A stretch of DNA of 41,328 nucleotides, taken from assembly GCA_945867285.1 (NCBI GenBank), contig CAMBHX010000001.1, positions 1-41,328 of the forward strand, read 5' to 3'. Source of the stretch: Sulfuricurvum sp. IAE1. GTDB lineage: Bacteria; Campylobacterota; Campylobacteria; Campylobacterales; Sulfurimonadaceae. The position numbers and the translations under genes are program-made. Each line of letters opens with the position of its first letter. The first letter of the stretch is position 1. The notes beneath the pieces are model-generated. The model was not told the DNA's origin, ran no database searches, and saw only the letters and a list, made by a program, of their open reading frames with translations. This document shows positions 20,183 to 29,565 of the stretch, piece by piece.

Positions 20183-20703
20183 AAAAGGTATTTTTGGTGA
20201 TGGTTTTAGCATCATCGATGTGGGCAGGAGCACTTAGTTTTGAATCGGGTAGTGTTAAGGCACACACAGAAGTATTTGGAGATAGCACTATTGATCCAGT
20301 GACAAAAAAAATCATTTCTGGATTAACGATGGGAAATGAGATTAAAAGCTTGGATGGCAGTGTCAGTGCATCTATGATAGATCTTGTCAGCGACAACAAG
20401 GATCGTGACAAACATATGCGTGAGACATTGGAAACAGGGACGTTTGGTGTTGCAGTATTTGATATCAAAGAAGTAATTTCCAAAGGAGGCGACAGCTATA
20501 CCCTTAAAGGCAGCATGAAGCTTCATGGCACCACGAAGCAATTGAGCTTTGATGCTATTATTGTTGCAGACGCTATTAAGGTCACGATTAAAGCCAAAGG
20601 AATGTTAAAGATGACCGATTTTGGGATTAAGCCTATCAAAATGATGTTTTTGACGGTACGTGATCAGGTTGATTTGACAGTTGATTTGACGCTCAAAAAA
20701 TAA
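20179..20703 (+). CDS. YceI-family periplasmic lipid/polyisoprenoid-binding protein
   Basis: Signal peptide from ATG 20179 (SD AAGGAG). Motifs SDNKDRDKHM, GSMKLHGTTK and MTDFGI. Confidence 0.88.
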   Translation: MKKVFLVMVLASSMWAGALSFESGSVKAHTEVFGDSTIDPVTKKIISGLTMGNEIKSLDGSVSASMIDLVSDNKDRDKHMRETLETGTFGVAVFDIKEVISKGGDSYTLKGSMKLHGTTKQLSFDAIIVADAIKVTIKAKGMLKMTDFGIKPIKMMFLTVRDQVDLTVDLTLKK

Positions 20704-21578
20704 ACCTCTCCAATTTCCAGCGCTTTGGGAATAAACGGATATATATTCGTTTGGATGAGGTCATTGAACCATTGCAATGGTTCATCCAGTGGTTCATCCG
20801 AAAGAGCAAATGTCCCATAGTGGATGGGAATCATGATCTTAGCACCCAAATCATTACAGGCTTGGAGTGCTTCGGGTGGATTGGTGTGATTGACTTCCAT
20901 GATTTCTCGTGGAGCGTAGGCGCCAATGGGTAAAAACGCTTCAGTAATCTTAAATCTCTCTCCAATCTCTTTGAAGTGTTCACCATAAGCCGTATCTCCG
21001 CTATGATAGACGCAATGAGCGCCATTTTGAATGACATATCCTCCCCACAATGCTTTATTGGTATCAAAAGGGGAACGTCTACTCCAATGTAATGCAGGTA
21101 CTAGGGTGAGAGATGTTTGCCCAATGCGTGTTGTTTCCCACAAAGCTAGTTCTACAAATTGCTCTTTTTTGATGATTTTTTTGAGGTATCTCCAAAATCC
21201 TTTGGGCGCGACAACGGTGAGATTGGGATTATTGTGCACGAGTGCATACACTGAGGATCTGTCGAAATGGTCGTAATGCGCGTGAGTGAGAGCAATAATG
21301 TCAGGGATGATATGTTGAGCTTCTAGAGGTAGTTCTGTAAAGCGTTTGTAAAAAGGGATATTGTTTAAAACAGGGTCGATAATAATATGCTGCCGGTTAA
21401 ACTGCAATGATACCGTGGCATGACCGTGCCATATGAGGCAATTTTCTTGAGGAAAAGTACCTAATAGGTGGACAAATGACGAAGAAGAAGGTGCGCTACG
21501 CTTTTGAAATTTGCGCTGAATTTGCCAACGTAAAATTGTAACAATACCGTGGAGCTTCGAGGTATATTTTTGGTCCAT
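20664..21578 (-). CDS. MBL-fold metallo-hydrolase (RomA/NAPE-PLD-like)
   Basis: Motifs WHGHAT, IIDPV, THAHYDHFD, HWSRR, HSGDT, LPIGAY and IPIHYGTF. ATG 21578 is preferred because a TATAAT overlaps the upstream ATG. Confidence 0.88.
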   Translation of the reverse strand: MDQKYTSKLHGIVTILRWQIQRKFQKRSAPSSSSFVHLLGTFPQENCLIWHGHATVSLQFNRQHIIIDPVLNNIPFYKRFTELPLEAQHIIPDIIALTHAHYDHFDRSSVYALVHNNPNLTVVAPKGFWRYLKKIIKKEQFVELALWETTRIGQTSLTLVPALHWSRRSPFDTNKALWGGYVIQNGAHCVYHSGDTAYGEHFKEIGERFKITEAFLPIGAYAPREIMEVNHTNPPEALQACNDLGAKIMIPIHYGTFALSDEPLDEPLQWFNDLIQTNIYPFIPKALEIGEVYFLSVKSTVKST

Positions 21579-21774
21579 TGTGTGCCTGAGAGATAAAGAT
21601 AATGCCATTATAGTCCTAAAGAGAAAATACCAAGGATATACGGTTGGGAAAATGGCGATAAATGCCAACTATATTTCAATCAAATAAGAGTTTAAAAAAA
21701 TTTAGACACAACTCGTGTTTAACTCAAACTAGCTACAATATGGTTCAATCAATTTAAGTAAAATAGGAATAAAA

Positions 21775-22158
21775 ATGAAATACGGCGAAGCTATTGTTGA
21801 AAATTTCGACATCGAAAAAGATTTTGAGATTTGGCCCAACGCACACGAGCGTGATTATGTGGTCAAAGTAACACTCCCAGAGTTTACGTGCTTGTGTCCT
21901 CGCAGCGGGTATCCCGATTTTGCCACGATTTATGTAGAATACACGCCCGACAAATGGGTGGCGGAGCTAAAAGCGATCAAACTGTATATCAATTCGTTCC
22001 GTAATCGTCATATTTCGCATGAAAACAGCGCCAATGAGATTTATAACCTATTTGAGTCCAAAATCGCCCCTAAGCACCTTAAAGTGATCGCAGATTACTA
22101 TCCTAGAGGGAATGTTCACACGGTGATTGAAATCGACAGTCAAAAGATGGGGAAATAG
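21775..22158 (+). CDS. queF: 7-cyano-7-deazaguanine (preQ0) reductase
   Basis: Motifs PEFTCLCPRSGYPDFA, ELKAIKLY, SHE and PRG. Confidence 0.95.
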   Translation: MKYGEAIVENFDIEKDFEIWPNAHERDYVVKVTLPEFTCLCPRSGYPDFATIYVEYTPDKWVAELKAIKLYINSFRNRHISHENSANEIYNLFESKIAPKHLKVIADYYPRGNVHTVIEIDSQKMGK

Positions 22159-22186
22159 ACCAATGGGCTTCCTGTCGAAGGAAACG

Positions 22187-22230
22187 TAGAGTTATCGTAA
22201 CCAAATGAAGCAAAGTCTCATTTGGTGTTT
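22187..22230. repeat. Palindromic repeat family 2 copy A, likely a bidirectional terminator
   Basis: TAGAGTTATCGTAACCAAATGA-N9-TCATTTGGTGTTT aligns with 36952-36993. It lies between convergent genes. Confidence 0.6.
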
Positions 22231-22232
22231 CA

Positions 22233-23123
22233 TCATAATGAAAGTAAAACTCCACTGCTAACAATTAAAACCCCCCCTGCTAGTATCGTGAGAGTTGGTG
22301 CAATATCGCCCAACATCATCCCAAGAACGGTAGCAAAAAGTATAACGCTGTAGCTAACAGTGCTAACAAATCCTGCTGGAGCGTGAAAGTATGCTTTGGT
22401 CATAAATACTTGTCCCAACGCCGCAATGCTCCCCATAGAAAGTATCCATACCCACTCTACACCTACGGGAGTCGTAAAAGGTTGTATCATAAACTCCCAT
22501 CCAGTGGGAGTGACGAAATGAGAAATCCCCATCAGTATCACAGGAATCATTGTGCCAAAAATCATAAAAGAGAGGACAACGGTGCGGGTGTCGTAGAGGG
22601 CTTTGAGACTTCGTACACTGGTGTAGGCAAGTGCGGAGAGAAAGCCTGTGAGAATCCCCATAGTATGCAGCATATTCCACTGGGCCCCACTCATGATAAC
22701 TACTCCGACAAAACCTATAACAATCGCACTAACAACCGTTTTGGAAAGTTTTTCACGCAAGAGGATAAACGCCAATAGTGCGGTAAAAATAGGCTCCGTT
22801 TTAGCATAAATGATAGCACTGGAAAGTGATGTTATGCTGATCATATAAAAAAAGAACAGTAGCGCAACTGTCCCGATAACACCTCGAAAGATGAGGATAA
22901 AAGGCCGTCCTCCAATATTACGAATGGGGGTGTGAAAAGTGGTGAAGAGTATTACAATAAGCCCGATGGAATTACGCCAAAAGGTCACCTCGACTGAACC
23001 CATATGAGCAGAGAGTATCTTGGCAAATGCCATAGTGAGAGCAAATAATAATGAAGCAGCAAGCATGTAGAGAATGCCACGATGGGTATTGGTCACAAGA
23101 TGCCTTTGTTTTAACATACGCAA
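22233..23123 (-). CDS. DMT/EamA family transporter
   Basis: About 10 TM helices in two EamA repeats. Motifs EVTFWR, EPIFTALLAFILLREK and GQVFMTKAY. Confidence 0.9.
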   Translation of the reverse strand: MRMLKQRHLVTNTHRGILYMLAASLLFALTMAFAKILSAHMGSVEVTFWRNSIGLIVILFTTFHTPIRNIGGRPFILIFRGVIGTVALLFFFYMISITSLSSAIIYAKTEPIFTALLAFILLREKLSKTVVSAIVIGFVGVVIMSGAQWNMLHTMGILTGFLSALAYTSVRSLKALYDTRTVVLSFMIFGTMIPVILMGISHFVTPTGWEFMIQPFTTPVGVEWVWILSMGSIAALGQVFMTKAYFHAPAGFVSTVSYSVILFATVLGMMLGDIAPTLTILAGGVLIVSSGVLLSL

Positions 23124-23192
23124 TTCTATCCAGATGTTAGGTATAGTTCAATGTTTGGGTAGTTTTAGTTGAGTTTAAAATGAACTGTAGAT

Positions 23193-23268
23193 TGGTGGAC
23201 CCTACCGGGATCGAACCGGTGACCTCAACGCTGCCAGCGTTGCGCTCTCCCAGCTGAGCTAAGGGCCC
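23193..23268 (-). tRNA. tRNA-Ala(GGC)
   Basis: GGGCCCTTAGCTCAGCTGGGAGAGCGCAACGCTGGCAGCGTTGAGGTCACCGGTTCGATCCCGGTAGGGTCCACCA: cloverleaf, G3:U70 identity pair, GGC anticodon, encoded CCA. Confidence 0.97.
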
Positions 23269-23404
23269 AAAATAGTTTTTGGGAAGTTGGGAAATGTGAT
23301 TATGCCCGATTGGTTCTTAATTTTTGTTTGTGATGCTTTTTTTAAAGTTTTAGAGCAATAGTGTCGATATGGCTACTTCAGATTTATTTAAAAGGTGTGA
23401 AAAA

Positions 23405-23974
23405 ATGAAAAAAATATTATTTTTACTAACGATGGCATTTGCTGGATCTTTGTTGATGGCTGATGATGTGACGGTTCAAGTTATTAATGCAGTGTATGAA
23501 AAATCAGTGACTAAAGAGCTGGATGCCAAGATTAAAAAAACAGGTCTTGAAGTACATAAAAAAATTGAAAATGGTCGTTATGTGGTCACGCTGGGGACAT
23601 TTAAGAATGAGCGTGAAGCGCAAAAGGCTCTCAAAATGGTACGTCATTTTGTGAGTTCAGATGCTTTTATCCGTTTAGTACAACGAAATGAAGTAGCGCA
23701 TTTGGAAAAAAGTATTCACTCTGTGCAAGAGTCTGAGGTTGTGTCTCAAGCGCAGGATGTGTCGAGCCCAGCAGTCGAAATTCACGAGAAACCAGCTATT
23801 GTTACAGTAGCGACAATAATGCCTGCTGTCTCTACAGTCGCAACAACTCCTGCCATTTCTACGCAATCGGAAAGTGATAAGCGTGAAGTGCATAAAAATG
23901 AACTTAGTGAAGCTATCAACTACTATAAAAATTCACCCTATCATCGTTTTGAACCAGTAATATTGCGTCAATAA
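23405..23974 (+). CDS. SPOR-domain secreted protein
   Basis: Signal peptide from MKKILF and TVQV...YVVTLGTFKNEREAQKAL...DAFI (SPOR), followed by a low-complexity tail. Confidence 0.75.
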   Translation: MKKILFLLTMAFAGSLLMADDVTVQVINAVYEKSVTKELDAKIKKTGLEVHKKIENGRYVVTLGTFKNEREAQKALKMVRHFVSSDAFIRLVQRNEVAHLEKSIHSVQESEVVSQAQDVSSPAVEIHEKPAIVTVATIMPAVSTVATTPAISTQSESDKREVHKNELSEAINYYKNSPYHRFEPVILRQ

Positions 23975-24185
23975 TTTGCAAATATTTTAGCTACATATCC
24001 ATCATAAAGACAATCAAGCCTGATAGGGTGAATTTTTTTGCTTCCGCTGTAAGGTATATTAAAAAAAGTCTGCGTATAGCGTATTACAAAAAAATCTTAA
24101 AAGCAGTGAAATACAAAACTGAAGCATGCTTTAAAGCTTTCAGGGTTATACTCAGTTATTCAAAAATTTAATACAAGGCTGAGCT

Positions 24186-24995
24186 ATGATTGATGATATT
24201 AAAAATCTTCCTCCGTTGCCAGCATCTATTCGAAAAATCCAAGAACTGTGCATGGAAGATGAAATAAATCTCTCTCTTTTGATTAAAACGATCGAGACAG
24301 ACCCAATGTTGTGTGCTAATATTCTCAAAGCTTCCAATTCTCCTTTGTATGGAATGAGTCGAGAAATTCACTCGGTTAATCAAGCGGTGATGTTGTTTGG
24401 TGTTACGATGATACGAGGATTTGCTGCTGCTAATGCGATTAAAAAGATTTTTCCGTTGGATATAAGTCCTTATGGTATTACTGTTGAACGTTTGAGCGAA
24501 ATATCAACATTGCAACAAGCCCTAGTGCGTGGATGGTACAGCGGAGTAGACAAAACAAAATTGCCATTATTGCTAAGCGCATCATTTTTAATGGAGCTAG
24601 GGAAGTTAGCAGCAGCTTTTCGGATTCTAAAATTGGGCCATAAGGAAGAGTTTGTACAAGCTTTGGAACAATTCGGCGAGATTAGTGTTGTTGAAACTCA
24701 GTTTTTGGGAATGGACAGTTATAGTATTGGGTCGGCAATGTTTCAGCACTGGCATTTTGAATCTGAACTCATTGATGTGCTCAAGCAGATCCATGCTCCT
24801 AAGCCTGGAAGTTTAGCATCTATACTCAATGTAGTGGGTACAGCAATCAATGTCAATGAGTCGTTGAGCGAGGGTTCAATAAAACGTGCAATAGTAGCAA
24901 TAGAACAGTTTGGATTAGACAGGGTGTCGTTTGAGAAAGCCGTGAATGAACTAAAGGACATTAATGCAAATCGTGCGAATACTAGCTGTAGATGA
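24186..24995 (+). CDS. HDOD domain protein
   Basis: Motifs LPPLP, IETDPMLCANILKASNSPLYG, SVNQAVMLFG, LMELGK and HWHF. Confidence 0.9.
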   Translation: MIDDIKNLPPLPASIRKIQELCMEDEINLSLLIKTIETDPMLCANILKASNSPLYGMSREIHSVNQAVMLFGVTMIRGFAAANAIKKIFPLDISPYGITVERLSEISTLQQALVRGWYSGVDKTKLPLLLSASFLMELGKLAAAFRILKLGHKEEFVQALEQFGEISVVETQFLGMDSYSIGSAMFQHWHFESELIDVLKQIHAPKPGSLASILNVVGTAINVNESLSEGSIKRAIVAIEQFGLDRVSFEKAVNELKDINANRANTSCR

Positions 24996-26049
24996 CCAAG
25001 AGTTTAATCTTGATTTGATTGAATTGGCATTTATGGATGATCACCGTGTGGAAGTTGTATTGGCACAAAATGGTCAAATGGCGCTTGATATTTTAGAGAA
25101 AGATTCCAACTTTCATGTTATTTTACTGGATTTGGCGATGCCTGTATTGGATGGTTTTGCAACGTTGGAGAGATTGAAAGATCACGTTGTTTGGAAGCAT
25201 ATCCCTACGATAGTAGTCACGGCTAATAAAGAAGAAAAAATCCGCGCTCTGAAGTTAGGCGGTGATGATTTTTTGGGAAAACCTTATGACGTTGAAGAAT
25301 TAAAGCTTCGTACGCTGAACTATGCAAAAATTAAAGATTTTCAAGACAATTTAGACAAAAAAGTACAAGAGAGAACGTCGCAGTTGAGTCAAGCACTTAT
25401 GCAGGCAAAAAAAACTGAGTATGAAATTTCGGCACGGCTAGGAAAAGCAAGCGAATATCGTGATCTAGAAACGGGTATGCATATTAAACGAATGAGTCAC
25501 TATTCTGCAAAGTTGGCCCAGTTGGCAGGATTTGGGAGCGATGAGGTTGAGTTGATTTTGTATGCATCTCCGTTGCATGATATTGGAAAAGTTGGGATTC
25601 CTGATCAGATCTTACTTAAACCCGGACGATTGACCCCTGAAGAGTTTGAAATTATGAAACTTCATGCTGTTTTAGGGGGCAAGATGCTTGAGACAGATGG
25701 CGGCTATCCTGTGTTGGATGCAGGTAAAATTATTGCCTTGCAGCATCATGAAAAAATAGATGGAACGGGATATCCAGAGGGATTATCAGGGGATGATATA
25801 CATATTTATGCCCGTATAGTTTCTATTGCTGATGTTTTTGATGCTCTAAGTTCAGAACGAGTATACAAAAAAGCATTTAGTGTTGAAAAAACATTAGAAA
25901 TCATGAGTGAAGGTTCCGGAACCCATTTTGATGTTGCTTTGCTAAATTTATTGGTTCAAAATTTGGATCAATTTTTAGCGATTAAAGAGACGTTTCCTGA
26001 CGAAGAAGAGTCCCCATCTATTTTAAGACTAATGGACCAGCTGCAATAA
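24964..26049 (+). CDS. Response regulator with HD-GYP c-di-GMP phosphodiesterase domain (RpfG-like)
   Basis: REC domain (VDD, LLDLAMP, KP), then ETGMHIKR, LHDIGK, HHEKIDGTGYP and ADVFDAL. Confidence 0.93.
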   Translation: MQIVRILAVDDQEFNLDLIELAFMDDHRVEVVLAQNGQMALDILEKDSNFHVILLDLAMPVLDGFATLERLKDHVVWKHIPTIVVTANKEEKIRALKLGGDDFLGKPYDVEELKLRTLNYAKIKDFQDNLDKKVQERTSQLSQALMQAKKTEYEISARLGKASEYRDLETGMHIKRMSHYSAKLAQLAGFGSDEVELILYASPLHDIGKVGIPDQILLKPGRLTPEEFEIMKLHAVLGGKMLETDGGYPVLDAGKIIALQHHEKIDGTGYPEGLSGDDIHIYARIVSIADVFDALSSERVYKKAFSVEKTLEIMSEGSGTHFDVALLNLLVQNLDQFLAIKETFPDEEESPSILRLMDQLQ

Positions 26050-26060
26050 GGAGCGTGCAT

Positions 26061-26432
26061 ATGAGGATATTGATTGCTGAGGATGAGGAGCTTAATCAGA
26101 CTGTTATTGTTGCAATGATTGAGCTAATATATGATGGGGTAAGTGTGACCGTTGTGGGAGATGGTGCACAAGCCCTTGAAGAACTTAAAAGAACGCCGTA
26201 TGATTTAGTGTTAACCGATATTGATATGCCAGTGATGAACGGCTATATGCTGCTTGAGGCAATCAAAGCATGTAGCCTTTGTGTTCCTCTGATTTGTGTT
26301 ACTGCTTTTGCGGTGAGCGGTGATCGCGAAAAGCTTTTGTTGCATGGATTTGACGATTATATCTCCAAGCCCATCAATATGGATGAAATGAAAAAAGTAT
26401 TAGATAGGTATATTGATGCATCAGTCTTTTAA
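26061..26432 (+). CDS. Single-domain response regulator
   Basis: Motifs IAEDE, LTDIDMPVMNG, VTA and SKP. SD AAGGAG precedes ATG 26061. Confidence 0.92.
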   Translation: MRILIAEDEELNQTVIVAMIELIYDGVSVTVVGDGAQALEELKRTPYDLVLTDIDMPVMNGYMLLEAIKACSLCVPLICVTAFAVSGDREKLLLHGFDDYISKPINMDEMKKVLDRYIDASVF

Positions 26433-28773
26433 TTCAGCGTGTTTGACGCAGTTGTTTACTTTGGATGATAACTATTTGCTGCAAAGAGAGCATGTTGGAA
26501 CATATATTCACTCTTTTGGAGGGTTGATTGCAGATCGAATGATTAACCATTATTTACTCAAAAATCCTATCTATCAAAATATCCTCTCTTCGACCGATAT
26601 TTTAAGAGTGATGAGATTGTTTGGAGAGTATTTTAGTTCTCTTTTTATTCATCCTTTTGATGCGCGTCTGATTGATCGTATGCGTCAAGTGTCTGAAATT
26701 CATATTAGTATCGGTTTAGAGGCTATTCATATGTCTCGAGGGTTTGATATTCTCACTGAGATTATCATAGATTTAGCTAAAATCAATAAACAAATTAGTG
26801 ATGATTTATCCATTATTATTAAAATGGTCCGAATAGCTGAATCTGTTATGCAAGAAAATTATCGAACTCATGCCTCCAAACACCAAAAAGGGCTCCAAAA
26901 AGAGAACAAAATTCTCCATTTGTTTGATGTGCTATATGCTTCACTCACTATACACAAGCAAAGTCGTAAAAAGCTCATAAGCTATTGGATAGGAGATGAA
27001 AATAAACAAGATGTTGAGTCAATATCCTTTGTGAGTGAAGGGGCATGCCCTTTTAGCAAAACGATAGAGCAGCTCTCATCACAAAGAGAGTTGCTCTTGG
27101 GTTTCGGAATTGATTTGGATTCCATGAATGAATTGCATCATCAGTATCATGAAAAAATAAATACATTGGTAAGACGCTCGAAGAGTGAAGGGCAAGAGCT
27201 TTATGATGAGATTATAACTATTTCAGATAGGTTATATGCAAGCGTAGATCAGCCGTTGCAAGACATTACTGCGACGTCATATATGGGAGTTCATTCGGGA
27301 ATGGAGTTTTTGAATGCTTGCTCGCAATTTATTTATGATGGCGTGGGGTCGTTTGGACACGAGAGTTTTGTAGATGATTTACGAGGCAGATTAGATGAAC
27401 AATTAAATCAAACTCTTGGGTGGTGTATTGAGAGGGTGTATGTGGGCGAGGGTGACATTTCTCAAAATTCAGAGTTTGATGCAAGTGGTACAATTATTCT
27501 CAATAACAGACGTGTCAATATAGGAGTGATACTCAAAGATATCCCAAATAAGATTTATATGGTTGAAATCATTCAGATTTTACTTGAAATACTGCGTCAA
27601 AATTTTCAAAATAAAGAACGAGAGCATGCTCTTGCACGATTGGCCGATGAGGCAGAACGAACCAGTAGTGCCAAGGATATGTTTTTGGCCAATATGAGTC
27701 ATGAGCTACGCACACCGCTGAATGCGATTATAGGTTTTTCTCAAATTTTGACTATGAACCAAGACATTCCCCCAAAGCTCTTAGTGTATATTCAAAAAAT
27801 CGGTATCGCTGGGAATAATCTTTTGGTCTTGGTTAATACGATTTTGGATTTTGCAAAACTTGAAGCAGGAAAATTTTCCTTTAAGCCTGAGATGACGTTG
27901 GCTTCTTTGATTATCCGTGAAATTGCAACCATTATTGAACCTATGGCACAGAAGAAGTCGATTCAATTTTTTTATCCTGAACATATCTCTTTAGGGCTTT
28001 ATGTTGATAAGCAGCTAATTGTTCAGGTTTTGTTGAATTTACTCAGCAATGCGGTTAAATTTACTTCAGATAATGGAGAAATATCTTTAAGTGTAGATTA
28101 TGATGAAGCAACGCATGCCTATAGAATTGGTGTGCATGATAATGGTGTAGGTATCGATGAGAGTGATATGACCGCCCTTTTTGATCCCTTTACCCAAGTC
28201 GAAAACTCTTTTCAAAAAAGTACCAAGGGGACAGGATTGGGACTTGCGATTGCCAAAAAAATTATTGAGGATTTACATGGGGGACGGCTGTGGGTTGAAA
28301 GTATTTTAGGAGGGGGATCGGTTTTTTATTTCACTTTGCCTATTTCATTATCACAAGTTACATTGGAACGTTTTGATGGTACAGCTTCTAGCGGTAAAAA
28401 AGCACTCATAGTAGAGGATGCTGTTGAATATCAACACGTTTTGGTTGAGCGTTTGAGAGATACTTTTGATATAGCGCTTACTAATTCTGTTAACAAAGCC
28501 AAAGAGTTGCTGGGGCAAGAATCTTTTGATTGTATTGTATTGGATTTTTTCCTGGTAGATGGTATCAGCTCTGAAGTACTACAGTTCATGATAGACGGTG
28601 GTATCGATACGCCAGTGATTATTATCTCTGCAGAAGATGATAGTAAGCTTATTGCAAATTTACCTGATACTCCTGTGGTCGAAGGAATTTTTAACAAGAC
28701 CAATATCAATCAAATTTGTGATTTTTTAACATCAAAATCACTGCCAAGAAGAGGTGTTACATCGGCAGATTGA
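26416..28773 (+). CDS. Cytoplasmic hybrid histidine kinase: globin sensor + CZB-like + HisKA/HATPase + REC
   Basis: Globin-like EYFSSLF..VSEIHISIGL and CZB-like H..CPF..LHHQYH. Kinase motifs MSHELRTPLN, NAVKFT, DNGVG and GTGLGL, then a C-terminal REC domain. Confidence 0.85.
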   Translation: MHQSFNSACLTQLFTLDDNYLLQREHVGTYIHSFGGLIADRMINHYLLKNPIYQNILSSTDILRVMRLFGEYFSSLFIHPFDARLIDRMRQVSEIHISIGLEAIHMSRGFDILTEIIIDLAKINKQISDDLSIIIKMVRIAESVMQENYRTHASKHQKGLQKENKILHLFDVLYASLTIHKQSRKKLISYWIGDENKQDVESISFVSEGACPFSKTIEQLSSQRELLLGFGIDLDSMNELHHQYHEKINTLVRRSKSEGQELYDEIITISDRLYASVDQPLQDITATSYMGVHSGMEFLNACSQFIYDGVGSFGHESFVDDLRGRLDEQLNQTLGWCIERVYVGEGDISQNSEFDASGTIILNNRRVNIGVILKDIPNKIYMVEIIQILLEILRQNFQNKEREHALARLADEAERTSSAKDMFLANMSHELRTPLNAIIGFSQILTMNQDIPPKLLVYIQKIGIAGNNLLVLVNTILDFAKLEAGKFSFKPEMTLASLIIREIATIIEPMAQKKSIQFFYPEHISLGLYVDKQLIVQVLLNLLSNAVKFTSDNGEISLSVDYDEATHAYRIGVHDNGVGIDESDMTALFDPFTQVENSFQKSTKGTGLGLAIAKKIIEDLHGGRLWVESILGGGSVFYFTLPISLSQVTLERFDGTASSGKKALIVEDAVEYQHVLVERLRDTFDIALTNSVNKAKELLGQESFDCIVLDFFLVDGISSEVLQFMIDGGIDTPVIIISAEDDSKLIANLPDTPVVEGIFNKTNINQICDFLTSKSLPRRGVTSAD

Positions 28774-29446
28774 TGATGTGCGCCAACCCTTTGTAGATAC
28801 TAAAAAGTCCATATATTCCAATCGAAACGGCGGCAATACGGTTCATCGTTTGACGAAAGGCAATTTCTCGCATAAAATTGATTGATTGCCCCAGGGCCAA
28901 TAGTGTAGGAACGGTTGCTAATCCAAACGCCAGCATAATAAGTCCCCCTTCAACGATAGATGCGCTTGAAGCCGCTTTGGCCGCAAAGAAAAAGACAAAT
29001 CCACAGGGAAAAAATCCATTCATCATCCCTAATGCAAAAAAGCTCTTAACGCTTTTACTTTTGATAAGTCGGGAAAAAAGTGTCTTAAAAATAGGGAAGT
29101 TCAAAAAGGAACTCTCCAGCAAATGTAACAGTTTTGAAACCCCCAGCATCGAGAGTGCCGTGATAATCATCAAAATCCCAGCACCTATGAGTAATGCTCC
29201 TTTAGTAGCCATGGAGACCGTAAAGAGCATCCCGATACCACCAAATATCATTCCAAGTAGTGCATATGAGCTTACTCGTCCGATATTGTAGGCACTGTGC
29301 CGAATGAGTTGCTGTGGACGACTCATTGAGGAGTCAATTTTGGTGGAGCTGTAGGCAACGATAAATCCACCGCACATTCCTATGCAGTGCCCAAAGCTAC
29401 CAGCAAATGCAATCGAGATAATAACCCACCAATCAAACATACTCAT
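28757..29446 (-). CDS. DsbD_2/TauE-SafE-like membrane protein (metal/cbb3 maturation type)
   Basis: Motifs GHCIGMCGG, YNIGRVSSY, GFFPCG and MLAFGLATVP. Confidence 0.85.
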   Translation of the reverse strand: MSMFDWWVIISIAFAGSFGHCIGMCGGFIVAYSSTKIDSSMSRPQQLIRHSAYNIGRVSSYALLGMIFGGIGMLFTVSMATKGALLIGAGILMIITALSMLGVSKLLHLLESSFLNFPIFKTLFSRLIKSKSVKSFFALGMMNGFFPCGFVFFFAAKAASSASIVEGGLIMLAFGLATVPTLLALGQSINFMREIAFRQTMNRIAAVSIGIYGLFSIYKGLAHIINLPM

Positions 29447-29497
29447 AAGTCCTCCATATAGTAATTATTCATAGTTTATATAATAATTGTTACATCT

Positions 29498-29514
29498 GTG
29501 TTAAGGCTTAACAC
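29498..29514. promoter_or_regulatory. Inverted repeat GTGTTAAG-G-CTTAACAC, candidate operator
   Basis: Perfect 8-bp arms between the divergent DsbD_2-like and HMA genes. Confidence 0.45.
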
Positions 29515-29565
29515 GTTTTTAACAGTAATATGCAACAATAGCGCAAAACAACTAAAAGGTGTACG

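Noticed and set aside
21690-21774. preQ1 riboswitch upstream of queF (CTAGCTACA resembles the aptamer loop)
   Set aside because: No enclosing P1 stem or correctly placed A-rich tail. GCTACAAT is better read as the -10 box.
23193-23268. tRNA-Ala as an island integration site
   Set aside because: No integrase and no duplicated tRNA 3' end seen in the window.
23975-24185. c-di-GMP riboswitch ahead of the HDOD/HD-GYP cluster
   Set aside because: No GEMM-type two-stem pattern could be identified.
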